Shown here in pieces: positions 1 to 13,231 of a stretch of 64,000 nt of DNA. Source of the stretch: Phyllobates terribilis (lineage: Eukaryota); NCBI RefSeq assembly GCF_046119375.1, contig NW_027362763.1, positions 621,922,001 to 621,986,000 of the forward strand. The letters run 5' to 3'. The notes under the pieces were generated by a model. It had not been told where the DNA came from, did no database searches, and worked only from the letters and a program-made list of their open reading frames with translations. A program made the position numbers and the translations under genes. Positions within the stretch are counted from its first letter, which is position 1; every line of letters begins with the position of its first letter.

Positions 1-99
1 AGTAAGGGGTGGAAGAGGGACTTCAGGGACTTATAATAAACAAGTTGTGGGGGGGGGACGTTTGATATGGATTTAAAATGATTGTCTCCTCTCCTGGTG

Positions 100-2229
100 C
101 ACAATCCCCACTCCACAAACTTGCACACCCTCACAGAAATCTCAAACATCTTAACTTACACTCACTTTCTGAATCCCATCTCCTTCTTGCAGACATAAGT
201 TCTTAGCACGACTCAGATGCTGCCGCAGCTTTATATGACACCGCAACAGCTGCAGCTCTCGAATCGATCGCCCCCCCCTCACACATACCAAATTCGCACA
301 ATCAGCAGGCAACCCTGGCGCACTACAGAACTGAGATGGGCTTCCAGGGTTGCTGAGCGGAGATGGAAAAGATCCCACTCTAACGAACACTTCATCACAT
401 TCAAACAGTCCCTTACAACTTTAAAGTCCACACGTCACTCACTGCAGCAAAACAAACCTACTTCTCATCTCTCATATCCTCCCCGTCTCCCAACCCTAAA
501 CAGCTATTCAACACTTTTAATTCTCTCCTCTGCCCCCCCAGAACCTCCTCCCTCTCCTCTCATCTGAGCTGAAGACTTTGCCTCATTCTTCAAGTAGAAG
601 ATTGATAATATCAAACATAGCTTTGACCTACAGTCCCCACAACGCCATCTCATAAATACTCAGCCCTCTTCCTCCAAAACCAACTTCTCCGCCATTACAT
701 AAGATCAACTTTCCTCTCTACTCTCCAGATCACATCTCACCTCCTGTGCATTTGACATGATCCCGCGTCCCACCTCATCCTAAACCTCACCACAGTCTTC
801 ATCCCAACCCTAACCCATCTCTTCAACCTGTCACTAGCAACTGGTGTCTTCCCCTCATGCTTCAAACATGCTTGGATCATACCCATCCTCAAAAAGCTCT
901 CCCTTGACCCATCCCCTGTGTCTAGCTATCACCCTATATCACTTCTCCCCTATGCCTCAAAACTACTTGAACAACACGTCTATCTTGAACTGTAGTTCCA
1001 CCTCTCCTCCTGCTCCCTCTTTGACTGCTTACAATCTTGCTTCTGACTGTATCATTCCACTGAAACTGCCCTGACTAAAGTCACCAATGACCTTCTAACT
1101 GCCAAATCCAAGCGACACTACTCTGTTCTGCTCCTTCTGGACCTGTCCTCTGCCTTCGACACAGTTTACCATTCACTCTTACTATAGATTCTTTCACTTC
1201 TTGGCATTACAGACTTGACCCTAACTTGGATCTCTTCATGCCTAACAGACCGGACATTCAATGACTCCCACTAACACACCACTCTCTCATCTTGCCCCCG
1301 TTCTGTCGGTGTTCCCCAAGGTTCAGTTCTGGGACCCTTGCGCTTCTCCATTTACACCTTTGGCCTGGGACAGCTCATAGAGTCCCACGGCTTTCAGTAT
1401 CATCTCTTTGCTGATGACACACAGATCTACCTGTCTGGACCCGATATCCCTTCCCTACTAACCAGAATCCCACGATGTCTGTCCACTATTTCATCTTTCT
1501 TCTCTGCTAGATTTGTAAAACTTAACATGGATAAAACAGGATTCATCATCTTTCCGCCATCTCATTCACCCCCTCCAACTATCCATCAAAGTCAATGGCT
1601 GCTCACTCTCCCCAGTACCACAAGCTTGCAGCCATGGGGTAATCTTTGACTCTGATTTCTCCTTCACACCACATATCCAAGCCCTTTCAACCTCCTGCTG
1701 ACTCCAACTTAAAAATATTTCCTGGTTCTGCACATTTCGTAATCAAGAATCTGCAAAAACACTAGTGCATGCACTCATTATCTCCCACCTCGACTACTGC
1801 AACCTCCTGCTTTGTGGTCTCCCCTCTAACACTCTCGCACCCCTCCAATCTATCCTAAACTCTGTTACCAAACTAATCCACCTGTCCCCCCGCTATTCCC
1901 CAGCCTCTCCCCTTTGTCAATCCCTTCCCTGGCTCCCCATTGCCCAGAGACTCCAGTTCAAAGCCCTAACCATGGCATATAAAGCCATCCACAACCTGTC
2001 TCATCCGTACATCTGTGACCTAGTCTCCTGGTACTTACCTGCACCAACCTCTGATCCTCACAAGATCTTCTTCTCTACTCCCCTCTTATCTTCTCTTGCA
2101 TACAAGATTTCTCCCATGCATCCCCTCTACTCTGGAACTCTCTACCCCAACATATCAGACTCTCGCCTACCGTGGAAACCTTCAAAAGGGACCTGAAGAC
2201 TGTCCCCTTCCTGCAAGTCGGCAACCTAC
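100..2229 (+). mobile_element. L2-clade (CR1/L2) LINE fragment, decayed RT, 3' end truncated
   Basis: RT motifs [13 protein letters not shown] (~1130), [10 protein letters not shown] (~1308), FADDTQIY (~1405) and HALIISHLDYCN (1765). Multiple stops and frameshifts. 5' boundary approximate. Confidence 0.9.
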
Positions 2230-2600
2230 AAGACCTTCCGGGCTTATGAAGGAAGGAGATGATTATTACAAGCAGCAGGACATTGTGGCCCTGCTGCTGG
2301 AAGTGCCAAAATGCCGTGTATGATCACCCTAGTGCCAAGGTTTTTAAGGGCTTCCTGCACACCCCATATACAAACGCCCCCTGAAGAAGCTAAACGTGAA
2401 ACGCGCATTGTGGTCATCTTCCACACGATTACCAGTTTGTATACATAATCTATAAAGATATGTTATATTTTAGTAAAGACGCTCCTGCTCCCATTCTCTT
2501 TTTGGATAATATATTTGGAAGAGCGTTCATTGATAGACCGTTTTTTTCTATTGGGTACGCGATTTTTTCTTCTCAGACAGCCCACAGACCCACTGAGTAA
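2230..2600 (+). mobile_element. Probable solo Penelope pseudo-LTR relic
   Basis: Contains a degenerate hammerhead motif (2377-2413) followed by an AT-rich tail, like the other pLTR regions in the window. No ORF. Confidence 0.45.
2377..2413 (+). ncRNA. Degenerate minimal type-I hammerhead ribozyme motif (HHR1)
   Basis: CCCC-CTGAAGA-A-GC taaac GT-GAAA-CGCG-CA. Core boxes are present, but the cleavage triplet and helix I 3' strand are decayed. Confidence 0.4.
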
Positions 2601-3019
2601 GTCCTATTCTGATCTTCAATATCAGATCAGAACAAGACATGCTCTGAGTCTCACAGTTCTCATTATCGGAGCTGTGATTTTCTGAGATATGTAACTGAAT
2701 CTATGAAACAATGAGTCAGTGTAAAAATAAAATAAATAATAAATAACAACAATAAAAAAATCTGGCAGCACACGGACATTTCACACGAATGTGAGAATGC
2801 AGCCTAAGGGATTTTACAAATAACAGTATCACTCCAAGTCATACAGTGCAGATATAGAATAACATCCAGTGACAGCTGACCTCTCGTCTGATCAGAGCTG
2901 TTTTCTGTTGTTTCTTCTATATCTAGTCAGACCTTCGAGTCGACATCTCCCAGCTATGACTTGTCTTGTCACGATGATCATCGCAGCCCTGAAAATAACA
3001 AGGTCACATATATTGTATA

Positions 3020-3408
3020 CGCATGCGGTCAAAATTGTTGGTACCCCTGGTTTAACGAAAGAAAAACCCACAATGGTCACAGAAATAACTTGAATCTGAC
3101 AAAAGTAATAATAAATTAAAAATCTATGAAAATGAACAAATGAAAGTCAGACGTTGCTTTTCAACCCTGCTTCCACAGAATAAAAAAAAAAATTAAACTC
3201 ATGAAATAGGCCTGGACAGAAATGATATTATTCCTAACTTAATATTTTGTTGAACAACCTTTTGAGGCAATCACTGCAATCAAACGATTCCTGTAACTGT
3301 CAATAAGACTTCTGCACCTCTCGACAGGTATTTTGGCCCACTCCTCATGAGCAAACTGCTCCAGTTGTCTCGTGTTTGGAGGTTGCCTTTTCCATATGGC
3401 AAGCCACA
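3020..3408 (-). mobile_element. Tc1/mariner 3' terminal fragment
   Basis: TA followed by the TIR-like CGCATGCGGTCAAAATTGTTGGTACCCCT. The minus strand carries a Tc1 C-terminal-like segment (~3250-3400). Confidence 0.65.
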
Positions 3409-3534
3409 GGTTCGGCGTCCGATGTCACAGTTCCCGCCCCCTGCTGACGCATGCCCATGGCAACCAATGCGGGCTGGCCGTCAGAAATGCACAACGCTTG
3501 AGCAATGTAAAGACATGCAGCAGAGCGAGGAGGG

Positions 3535-3635
3535 ATGGTCAACAGAGACAAGAGAGAGAGAGAAAAAAACAGGAAAGCAGGGAAAGAAAAGGGAGGAGAG
3601 AAGAGAGAGGAAGGGGAAAAGAAGAACGGAACACA
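3535..3635. repeat. GA-rich low-complexity tract
   Basis: Purine-rich AGAG/GGAA runs. These explain the spurious ORFs at 3345-3775. Confidence 0.7.
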
Positions 3636-3920
3636 ATGGAAGTGAATGTAATGATAAAGGCCAATAAAACACCGGTGTGACAATAGTCGCATACATATGT
3701 ATAGGCATGAATGAAAGTAAACATAGGTGTATGAAAAAAAGAGTAGGGAGTGATGTAAAAAAAAGTAAGTATCAAAGTATAAAGCAGAAAAACGGTATTA
3801 ATTCCTGGAATAAAACCAGCAGTTAAAAGTGCATCGTGATTAAGGACTCAAAAAAGCACAGGGCGATAACTCCCAGTGTAAAAAACGTGAAAAAAAAGAA
3901 GTATGAAGTGTAATGCGCCC

Positions 3921-5610
3921 ATATGATTTTCCCTCTTCATTCAAACATGCCATCATAATGGAAAAAGCCATCCCTGGACCAGAACTGCACTGCTAACTAC
4001 AGACCGGTCTCTAATCTTCCCTTCATCTCTAAACTCCTGGAACGCCTGGTGCACTCCCGTCTAATCCGCTATCTCTCAGATAACTCTCTTCTTGACCCTT
4101 TACAATCTGGTTTCCGCTCCTCACACTCTACTGAATCTGCCCTCACTAAAGTCTCTCATGATCTACTAACAGCTAAAATCTAATGGTCACTACTCCCTGC
4201 TGGATCTCTCTGCCGCTTTTGACACTGTGGATCACCAGCTCCTCCTCACTATGCTTTGCTCTATAGGCCTCCAGGACACCGCTCTCTCCTTGTTCTCCTC
4301 CACAGTATCTTTTGCCGGCTCTTCTTCCTCTAATCTTCCCCTTACTATCAGGGTTCCACAAGGATCAGTCCTAGGTCCCCTCCTTTTCTCCTTATATACT
4401 GCCCTTATTGGACAAACCATCAGCAGATTTGGTTTCCAATATCATTTCTATGCTGATGACATACAACTATACACCTCTTCACCTGACATCACCCCCACTC
4501 TAATACAAAATACCAGTGATTGTCTGTCCACTGTCTCTAACATCAGGGCCTCCCTCTATCGAAACTGAATCTCTCCAAAACTGAACTCCTTGTTTTTGCT
4601 CCCCCTATTAACCTACTTATTCCTGACTTTTCAATTTCCTTTGGTGGCGCCACCATAACCCTCAAGCAGCAAGCTTGCTGTCTTGGAGTCATATTTGACA
4701 CACAACTTTCCTTTATGCCCCATATACAATTACTCACTCGCTCATGTCACCTGCACCTTAAAAACATCTTCAGAATCCGACCTTTTCTCACCTTTGATAC
4801 TGCAAAAACTCTTACTGTCGCTCTTATTCACTCTTGTCTGTACAACTGCAACTCTCTTCTAATCAGTCTCCCTCTAAACAAAATCTCTCCTCTCCAATCT
4901 ATTCTGAATGCAGCAGGCAGGGTCGTATTTCTATCAGGCCGCTTCACTGACGCCTCTTCCCCGTGCCAGTCATTGCACTGGTTACCCATTCACCACAGAA
5001 TACAATACAAACTCATCTCTGTCACTCAATCTCTCCACACTTCTGCACCGCCCAATATACCATCCCTCATTTATGTCTATGACCCCTCCCGTGCCCTACG
5101 TTCTGCAACTGATCTAAGACTAAAATCCTCCTTAATCCGAACCTCACACCTCCGTCTCCAAGACTTCTCTCGTGCCTCGCCAGTTTTCTGGAATGCACTG
5201 CCCCAAACGATCAGACCAATATCTAGCCCCCATGTCTTCAAACGTGCTTTAAAAACACATATGTTTAGAGAAGCCTATCACCTCAACTCACCAACCTAAC
5301 TCTCCACTGTCCCCTCCTAAATGTTAATCTTAATCTGCCCCTGCCTATTCATCTGTCTCCACATCCTCTATGCACCAAATATCACACGGTAACTGCTCTT
5401 AGATACTGGCTGATGACCATGTTCTACCTATTGTGTTTCCCCATTTCCATATAGATTGGAAGCTTGCGAGCAGGGCCCTCACTCCTCCTGTAACTGTTGA
5501 AATGTGATACATTGTATTGTTTATATTGTCTGTATATGTCCCTACTCAATTGTAAAGTGATGCGGAATATGTTGGCGCTCTATAAATAAAAATTATTATT
5601 ATTATAATAT
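3921..5610 (+). mobile_element. L2 LINE, 5'-truncated, with intact 3' tail
   Basis: [23 protein letters not shown] and YADDIQLY motifs. ORF 4715-5299 covers the C-terminal region. The 3' end is TGTAAAGTGATGCGGAATATGTTGGCGCTCTATAAATAAA plus (ATT)n. Confidence 0.92.
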
Positions 5611-5694
5611 AAGTATATGAGTAAGATATAGACACAGATAAAGTGCCAGTGCAGAAAAAAACAAATATGATTGATATTATGTATATAGTGGGCG

Positions 5695-5955
5695 CAGGGC
5701 CGGCGTCACCACCCGGCACACCCGGACAAGTGCTGGGGCCCTGAGCAAGCGGGAAGGCCCACTTGCCATCGAGGCCCGTGAGTCGGAAGCTCCCAGTGCC
5801 AGCGCAGGAGCTGGCACCGTGGCCCCCCGTGCTTTAAACTACTTGCAATACTTATTTGTTCTCGTTCCCCATTGCTCCGATATCTTCTGACATCTCAGGG
5901 CAGAGGGCGCGATGATGTCATTACAGCGCGCCCTCTGCTCTGAGTAGCAAGCTGT
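5695..5955 (+). mobile_element. hAT-type non-autonomous element, left end
   Basis: Starts CAGGGCCGGCG, a hAT-like TIR, followed by a GC-rich core. The partner TIR was not found. Probably the host of the downstream minisatellite (inference). Confidence 0.55.
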
Positions 5956-6668
5956 TTGATGTCTAGTGTAAAGTTTCCACAATCAGTGATGGTTTGGGGA
6001 GCCATGTCATCTGCTGGTGTAAGTCCACTGTGTTTTATCAAGACCAAAGTCAGCGCAGCCATCTACCAGGAAATTTTAGAGCACTCCATGCTTCCCTCTG
6101 CCGACAAGCTTTTTGGAGATGGAAATTTCATTCACCAGCAGGACTTGGCACCTGTTCACACTGCCAAAAGTACTAATACCTGGTTTAAAAACAACAGTAT
6201 AACTGTGCTTGATTGGCCAGCAAACTCGCCTAACCTTAACCCCATAGAGAATCTATGGGGTATTGTCTAGAGGAAGATGAGAGACACCAGACCCAACAAT
6301 GCAGACAAGCTGAAGGCTGCTATCAAAGCCACCATAACACCTCAGCAGTGCCACAGGCTGATCGCCTCCATGCCATGCCACATTGATGCAATAATTGATG
6401 CAAAAGGAGCCCCGACCAAGTATTGAGTACATTTACTGAACATACATTTCAGTAGGCCAATATTTCGGATTTTAAAATAATTTTTCAAGATGATGTTCTA
6501 AAGTATTCTAATTTACTGAGATAATCATCAACATTAACCAAAATAAACACTTGAATAGATCACTCTGCTTGTAATGACTCTATATAATATATGAGTTTCA
6601 CTTTTTGTATTGAAGAACTGAAATAAATTAATGTTTTCATGATATTCTAATTTTGTGAGATGCACCTG
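5956..6668 (+). mobile_element. Tc1 element 3' half (DDE domain and right TIR)
   Basis: ORF 5956-6270 has VMVWGAM, QQDLAPVH and WPANSPNLNPIENLW. It ends GAGATGCACCTG|TA. Confidence 0.9.
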
Positions 6669-8622
6669 TATATGGAGCACATAGTGTATGTTGCATTATA
6701 TGGGGCCCATACTGTATGGAGCAATATATAGTACCCATTATTTTGTATGGAGCATTATATGGGGCCCATTATTCTGTATGGAGCATTATATGGGGCACAT
6801 ACTGTATGAAGCATTATATGGGGTCCATTATTCTGTATGGAGAATTATATGGGGTCCATTATTTTGTATGGAGCATTATATGGGGCCCATTATTCTGTAT
6901 GGAGCATTACATGAGGCCCATTATTCTGTATAGCGCATTATATGGGGCTCATTATTCTGTATGGAGCATTATATGCAGCCAGTTATTCTGTATGGTGCAT
7001 TATATGGGGTCCATTATTCTGTATGGAGCCTTATATGGGGCCCATTATTCTGTATAGCGCATTATATGGGGCTCATTATTCTGTATGGAGCATTATATGT
7101 GGCTTATTATTCTGTATTGAGCATTATATGGGGCCCATTATTCTGTATGGAGCATTATATGCAGCCTATTATTCTGTATGGAGCATTAAATGACGCCCAT
7201 TATTGTGTATTGAGCATTATATGGGGTCCATTATTCTGTATGGAGCACTATATGGGGTCCATTATTCTGTATGGAACATTATATGAGGCCCATTATTCTG
7301 TATGGAGCATTATATGGGGCCCATTATTCGGTATGGAGCATGATATGGGGTCCATTATTCTATATGGAGCATTATATGGGGTCCATTATTCCGTATGGAG
7401 CATTATATGAGGCCCATTATTCTGTATGGTGCATTATATGGGTTCTATTATTCTGTATGGAACATTATATGAGGCCCATTATTCTGTATGGAGCATTATA
7501 TGGGGCCCATTATTCTGTATGGAGCATTATATGCAGCCGATTATTCTGTATGGAGCATTAAATGACGCCCATTATTGTGTATTGAGCATTATATGGGGTC
7601 CATTATTCTGTGTGGAGCACTATGTGGGGTCCATTATTCTGTATGGAACATTATATGAGGCCCATTATTCTGTATGGAGCATTATATGGGGCCCATAATT
7701 CGGTATGGAGCATGATATGGGGTCCATTATTCTATATTGAGCATTATATGGGGTCCATTATTCCGTATGGAGCATTATATGAGGCCCATTATTCTGTATG
7801 GTGCATTATATGGGTTCTATTATTCTGTATGGAACATTATATGAGGCCCATTATTCTGTATGGAGCATTATATGGGGCCCATTATTCTGTATGGAGCATG
7901 ATATGGGGTCCATTATTCTGTATGGAGCATTATATGAGGCCAGTTATTCTGTATGGTGCATTATATGGGTTCCATTATTCTGTATGGAACATTATATGAG
8001 GCCTATTATTCTGTATAGTGCATTATGTGAGGCCCATTATTCTGTATAGAGAATTAAATGAGGCCCATTATTTATTGTGTATTGAGCATTATATGGGGTC
8101 CATTATTCTGTATGGAGCATGGAACACTATATGGGGTCCATTATTCTGTATGGAACATTATACGAGGTCCATTATTCTATGTGGAGCATTATATGTGGCC
8201 CATTATTCTGCATGGAACATTATATGAGGCCAGTTATTCTGTATGGCGCATTATATGGGTTCCATTATTCTGTATGAAACATTATATGAGGCCCATTATT
8301 TTGTATAGCGCATTATATGGGGCCCATTATTCTGTATGGAGCATTAAATGAGGCCCATTATTGTGTATTGAGCATTATATGGGGTCCATTATTCTGTATG
8401 AAGCATAATATGGGTCCATTATTCTATTTGGAGCATTATCTGGGGCCGATTATTCTGTATGGAGCATTATATGAGGCCCATTATTCTGTATGGTGCATTA
8501 TATGAGTTCCATTATTCTTTATAGAACATTATATGAGGCCCATTATTCTGTATGGTGCATTATATGAGTTCCATTATTCTTTATAGAACATTATATGAGG
8601 CCCATTATTCTGTATGGAGCAT
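6669..8622. repeat. 31-bp minisatellite array, about 63 copies
   Basis: Consensus TATGGAGCATTATATGGGGCCCATTATTCTG. Contains a tandem duplication of a 12-unit (372-bp) block at 7146-7889. Confidence 0.97.
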
Positions 8623-8624
8623 TA

Positions 8625-9510
8625 CACAGTGTTCCAAATTATTATGCAAATGTGTTTAGGAGTGATAAGGGAAGAATTTTTTTGTTTATCAGTTAAACTC
8701 ATTGATGGTGATGTGTGTCAGGGCTCTTTATATCACTGTAAGCAATTGCATACACCTGTGCTCATTAGTTTGGCAGGTGTGTCCAATGAAAGGCAAGACT
8801 ACTTAAGAAGGCTGTCCCACATTATTAAGCAGCCTACATTTTCTGCCAAAATGGGAAAGAAAAAGGATGTGTCGGCTGCTGAGAAGCAACAAATTGTGGA
8901 GTGTTTAGGTCAAGGCATGACTACAATCAACATTGCCAAGACACTTCATCGTGATCATCGCACAATCAAGAAGTATGTAGCTGATTCACAGTACACACGT
9001 GTGCGTGCTGATAAGGGAAAATTGAGAACTCTTTCCTACAGGCAATTACATCAGGTTAAAAGAGCAGCGGCAAAACAGCCTTGTCATAGCAGCAGACAAG
9101 TTTTTGAAGTTGCTGGTGCCTCCAACGTCCCCTGAACAACAAGATGCAGGGTCCTTCAGAGGTTTGCAGCTGTGCGTAAGCCATCCTGTCGACCTCCTCT
9201 ATCCATTGCACACAAGCAGAAACGGCTCCAGTGGGCAAAACAATACATGAAGACTGACTTCAAAACTGTTTTGTTCACCGATGAGTGCCATGCAACGCTC
9301 AATGGTCCAGATGGATGGAGTGGAGGATGGCTGGTTGATGGACACCCCATGCAAACACGGCTATGGCGCCAACAAGGAGGAGGTGGAGTAATGTTTTGGG
9401 CTGGAATCATGGGGAGAGAGATTGTCGGCCCTTTAGGATCCCTGAAGGGGTAAAGATGAACTCCATAATGTATGTTGAGTTTCTCAAACCGCACTTCCTG
9501 CCATGGTTTA
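8625..9510 (+). mobile_element. Tc1 element 5' part, inserted at a TA of the minisatellite
   Basis: TA|CACAGTGTTCCAAATTATTATGCAAAT TIR. Transposase MGKKKDVSAAEKQQIV (8851) with HTH, then VLFTDE and VMFWAGI. Broken by a stop and a frameshift, truncated near 9510. Confidence 0.9.
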
Positions 9511-10018
9511 CTTTTAAAAACTTTTTTTCACTTTTTGCTTGCTTCTATAGTCTCCATAGGAGACTAGAAGCAGCACTTGTCTGATCGCCTATGCTACATA
9601 GAGGTGATCAGCAGATCACCTCTATGTAGAGAAATGCTCCTGTGCTATGAGCGCCGACCACTAGGTGGCGCTCATAGCGATCAGCTCTTGACAACCACTG
9701 GAGTCTGCTGCAGACCCAGGGTTGTCATGCCCACGCATCGGTGACCCGCGATCATGTAATGGGGTCACCAATGGGCGGGGCTAAGGCCGCACTTCCGGTG
9801 CGGCACTGTTAACTGCCGCTGTCAGAGATTGACAGTGGCATTTAACATGTTTACAGCCGCGGGTGGATCGTGATTCCACCCGTGGCTGTTGTGGGCACAT
9901 GTCAGCTGTAAGAACCAGCTGACATGTGCCCGGTTCAGTGCGGGCTCAGCGCCGGAGCCCTCACTGAACCGGGGGTTACAGCCAGGTGCGTACTAATACG
10001 TCCCAGGCTGTAAAGTGG
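9511..10018 (-). mobile_element. piggyBac-derived non-autonomous element, left-end fragment
   Basis: Ends CGTACTAATACGTCCCAGGCTGTAAAGTGG|ATAA, a degenerate AAGGGG|TTAA. Its reverse complement resembles the start of 11758-13231. Confidence 0.65.
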
Positions 10019-10022
10019 ATAA

Positions 10023-10250
10023 TCAGTGTAATGTCACCCACCTGACAGTGTATGTAGTTTATTGAGCTGCTATTATCCTGCTGACAGGTGCTCTTTAAAT
10101 GCTCAGAAATGCATTTCTTAAGACATCTTGTTGTGCAGCCAACATATATTTTGTCACATGATGTGCATTTTATAATGTACACTACATTATCACTGCTACA
10201 GTTAATATAATGTTTAATATCGTAATCTTGAGAATGGTCAGTATTTCAAC
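10023..10250 (-). mobile_element. Penelope-like element GIY-YIG fragment
   Basis: YIIKCTSCDKIYVGCTTRCLKKCISEHL on the minus strand. Confidence 0.75.
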
Positions 10251-10508
10251 ATTTACAGTTAGGTCCATATATATTTGGACAGAGACAACATTTTTCTAAT
10301 TTTGGTTCTAGACATTACCACAATGAATTTTAAACAAAACAATTCAGATGCAGTTGAAGTTCAGACTTTCAGCTTTCATTTGAGGGTATCCACATTAAAA
10401 TTGGATGAAGGGTTTAGGAGTTTCAGCCCCTTAACATGTGCCACCCTGTTTTTAAAGGGACCAAAAGTAATTGAACAGATTAAATAATTGTAAATAAAAT
10501 GTTCATTT

Positions 10509-11546
10509 CTAGTACTTGGTTGAAAACCCTTTGTTGGCAATGACTGCCTGAAGTCTTGAACTCATGGACATCACCAGACGCTGTGTTTCCTACTTTTTGA
10601 TGCTCTGTCAGGCCTTCACTGCGGTGGTTTTCAGTTGCTGTTTGTTTGTGGGCCTTTCTGTCTGAAGTTTAGTCTTTAACAAGTGAAATGCATGCTCAAT
10701 TGGGTTGAGATCAGGTGACTGACTTGGCCATTCAAAAATATTCCACTTCTTTGCTTTAATAAACTCCTGGGTTGCTTTGGCTTTATGTTTTGGGTCATTG
10801 TCCATCTGTAGTTTGAAACGACGACCAATCAATTTGGCTGCATTTGGCTGGATCTGAGCACACAGTATGGCTCTGAATACATCAGAATTAATTCGGCTGC
10901 TTCTGTCCTGTGTCACATCATCAATAAACACTAGTGACCCAGTGCCACTGGCAGCCATGCATGCCCAAGCCATCACACTGCCTCCGCCATGTTTTACAGA
11001 TGATGTGGTATGCTTTGGATCATGAGCTGTACCACGCCTTCACCATACTTTTCGCTTTCCATCATTCTGGTAGAGGTTGATCTTGGTTTCATCTGTCCAA
11101 AGAATGTTCTTCCAGAACTGTGCTGGCTTTTTTAGATGTTTTTTAGCAAAGTCCAGTCTAGCCTTTTTATTCTTGATGCTTATGAGTGGCTTGCACCGTG
11201 CAGTGAACCCTCTGTATTTACTTTCATGCAATCTTCTCTTTATGGTAGATTTGGATATTGATACGCCTACCTCCTGGAGAGTGTTGTTCACTTGGTTGGC
11301 TGTTGTGAAGGGGTTTCTCTTCACCATGGAGATTATTCTGCGATCATCCACCACTGTTGTCTTCCGTGGGCGCCCAGGTCTTTTTGCATTGATGAGTTCA
11401 CCAGTGCGTTCTTTCTTTCTCAGGATGTACCAAACTGTAGATTTTGCCACTCTTAATATTGTAGCAATTTCTCGGATGGGTTTTTTCTGTTTTTGCAGCT
11501 TAAGGATGGCTTGTTTCACCTGCATGGAGAGCTCCTTTGACCGCAT
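10509..11546 (-). pseudogene. Tc1 transposase, 345 codons, three in-frame stops, no frameshift
   Basis: MRSKELS...ILWTDETK...QMDNDPKH...WPSQSPDLNPIEH. Stops at 11040, 10608 and 10590, all in the same frame. Confidence 0.92.
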
Positions 11547-11757
11547 GTTTAACAGCAAAACCTTCCAAATGCAAGCACCACACCTCAAATCAACTCCAGG
11601 CTTTTTATCTGCTTAATTGAGAATGACATAACGAAGGGATCGCCCACACCTGTCCATGAAATAGCCTTGGAGTCAATTGTCCAATTACTTTTGGTCCCTC
11701 AAAAAGCAGGGTGACACATGTTAAGGAGCTGAAACTCCTAAACCCTTCCAATTTTAA

Positions 11758-13231
11758 CCCCTTTAAAGCCCATGACGTACTAATACGTGTCTGTGCCCTG
11801 GGACTTAAGAGCCTGACCCGTATTAATACGTCATCGCGATCGCGCGCACACACAGGCTGTGCGGGCGCGATCTCCGCCGGGTTTCAGCTGATAGTACCGG
11901 TGTCAGCTGAGACAATGTGCAGGGAGCGGTCCCGCACCGCTCCCGGCACATTAACCCCCTGCAATGCGGCGATCGAAGTCGATCGCAGCATGCTGTGGCT
12001 AAGGGGAGGTGATCGGTATACTCACCTCCTCTTCCGGCCTCCAGCGGTGTCTGCCGCGGCTTCCCGGGTGTTGCCATGATAACCCGATGTCGTCATGACA
12101 ACATCCTGGTCACCAGAGAAGCAGGAAGATTTTTTGGTCATGCGCAGTGCATGACCAAACAATCTTCTCACTGTGCAGCGCTGACTGCCTGCATAGCACA
12201 GAGATGGTGCTCCATCCCTATGCTATGCAGGCGATCAGAATAAAAAAAGTGAAAGTCCCATAGTGGGACAAAGTAAAAAAGTAAAAAAAACTGTCAGAAA
12301 ATGAAAAAAATAAATAAAAAAAAAATTGTAAAAATATTTTAAAAAAATAATCCACCAAAAATAATCCACCAAAAATAAAAATATAAATAAATAAATATTA
12401 ATCTCCAAATGCAACATGCAAATTTTACATTCAAAAAGTCAAATGGCGCTCCTTCCCTTCCGAACCCTGCCTTGCGCCCAAACAGTGGTTTTCCCCCACA
12501 TATGGGGTATCTGCTTACTTAGGAGACATTGCATAACAAATTTTGGGGTCCATTTTTTCCTGTTACCCCTGCGAAAATAAAAAAAATTGGGTCTAAAGTA
12601 ACATTTTTGTGAAAAAAGTTAAATGTTAATTTTTTTCTTCCACATTCCAAAAATTCCTGTGAAGCACCTGAAGGGTTAATAAAGTTTTTGAATGTGGTTT
12701 TGAGCACCTTGAGGGGTGCAGTTTTTAGAATGGTGTCACTTTTGGGTATTTTCTGTCATAAAGGCCCCTCAAAGTCAATTCAAATGTGATGTGGTCCCTA
12801 AAAAAATGTTTTTGTAAATTTTGTTGGAAAAATGAGAAATCGCTGGTCAACTTTTAACCCTTATAGCTCCCCAATAAAAAAAATGTTGGTTCCAAAATTG
12901 TGTTGATGTAAAGTAGACATCTGGGAAATGTTATTTATTAACTATTTTGTGTGACATATCTCTGATTTAAGGGCATAAAAATTCAAATTTTGAAAATTGC
13001 TAAATTTTCAAAATTTTCGCCAAATTTTCATTTTTTTCACAAGTAAACGCAAGTGATATCGAAGAAATTTTACCACAATCATGAAGTACAATATGTCATG
13101 AAAAAACAAACTCAGAATCAGGGGGATCCATTGAAGCGTTCCAGAGTAATTACTTCATAAAGTGACAGTGGTCAGAATTGTAAAAATTGGCCTGGTCATT
13201 AACGTGCAAACCACCTTGGGTGTTAAAGGGG
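11758..13231 (+). mobile_element. piggyBac-family non-autonomous element with TTAA TSD
   Basis: TTAA (11754-57)|CCCCTTTAA ... TTAAAGGGG|TTAA (13232-35). The empty site can be reconstructed from the Tc1 left TIR. The right end is homologous to the end of the transposase-bearing copy at 41477. Confidence 0.93.

Noticed and set aside
6688-8505. Many overlapping ORFs with repeated GPLFCMEHY / GALYGAHYSVW peptides
   Set aside because: Artefact of a stop-free 31-bp minisatellite read in all three frames.
11077-11616. 179-aa plus-strand ORF
   Set aside because: Antisense shadow of the Tc1 transposase.
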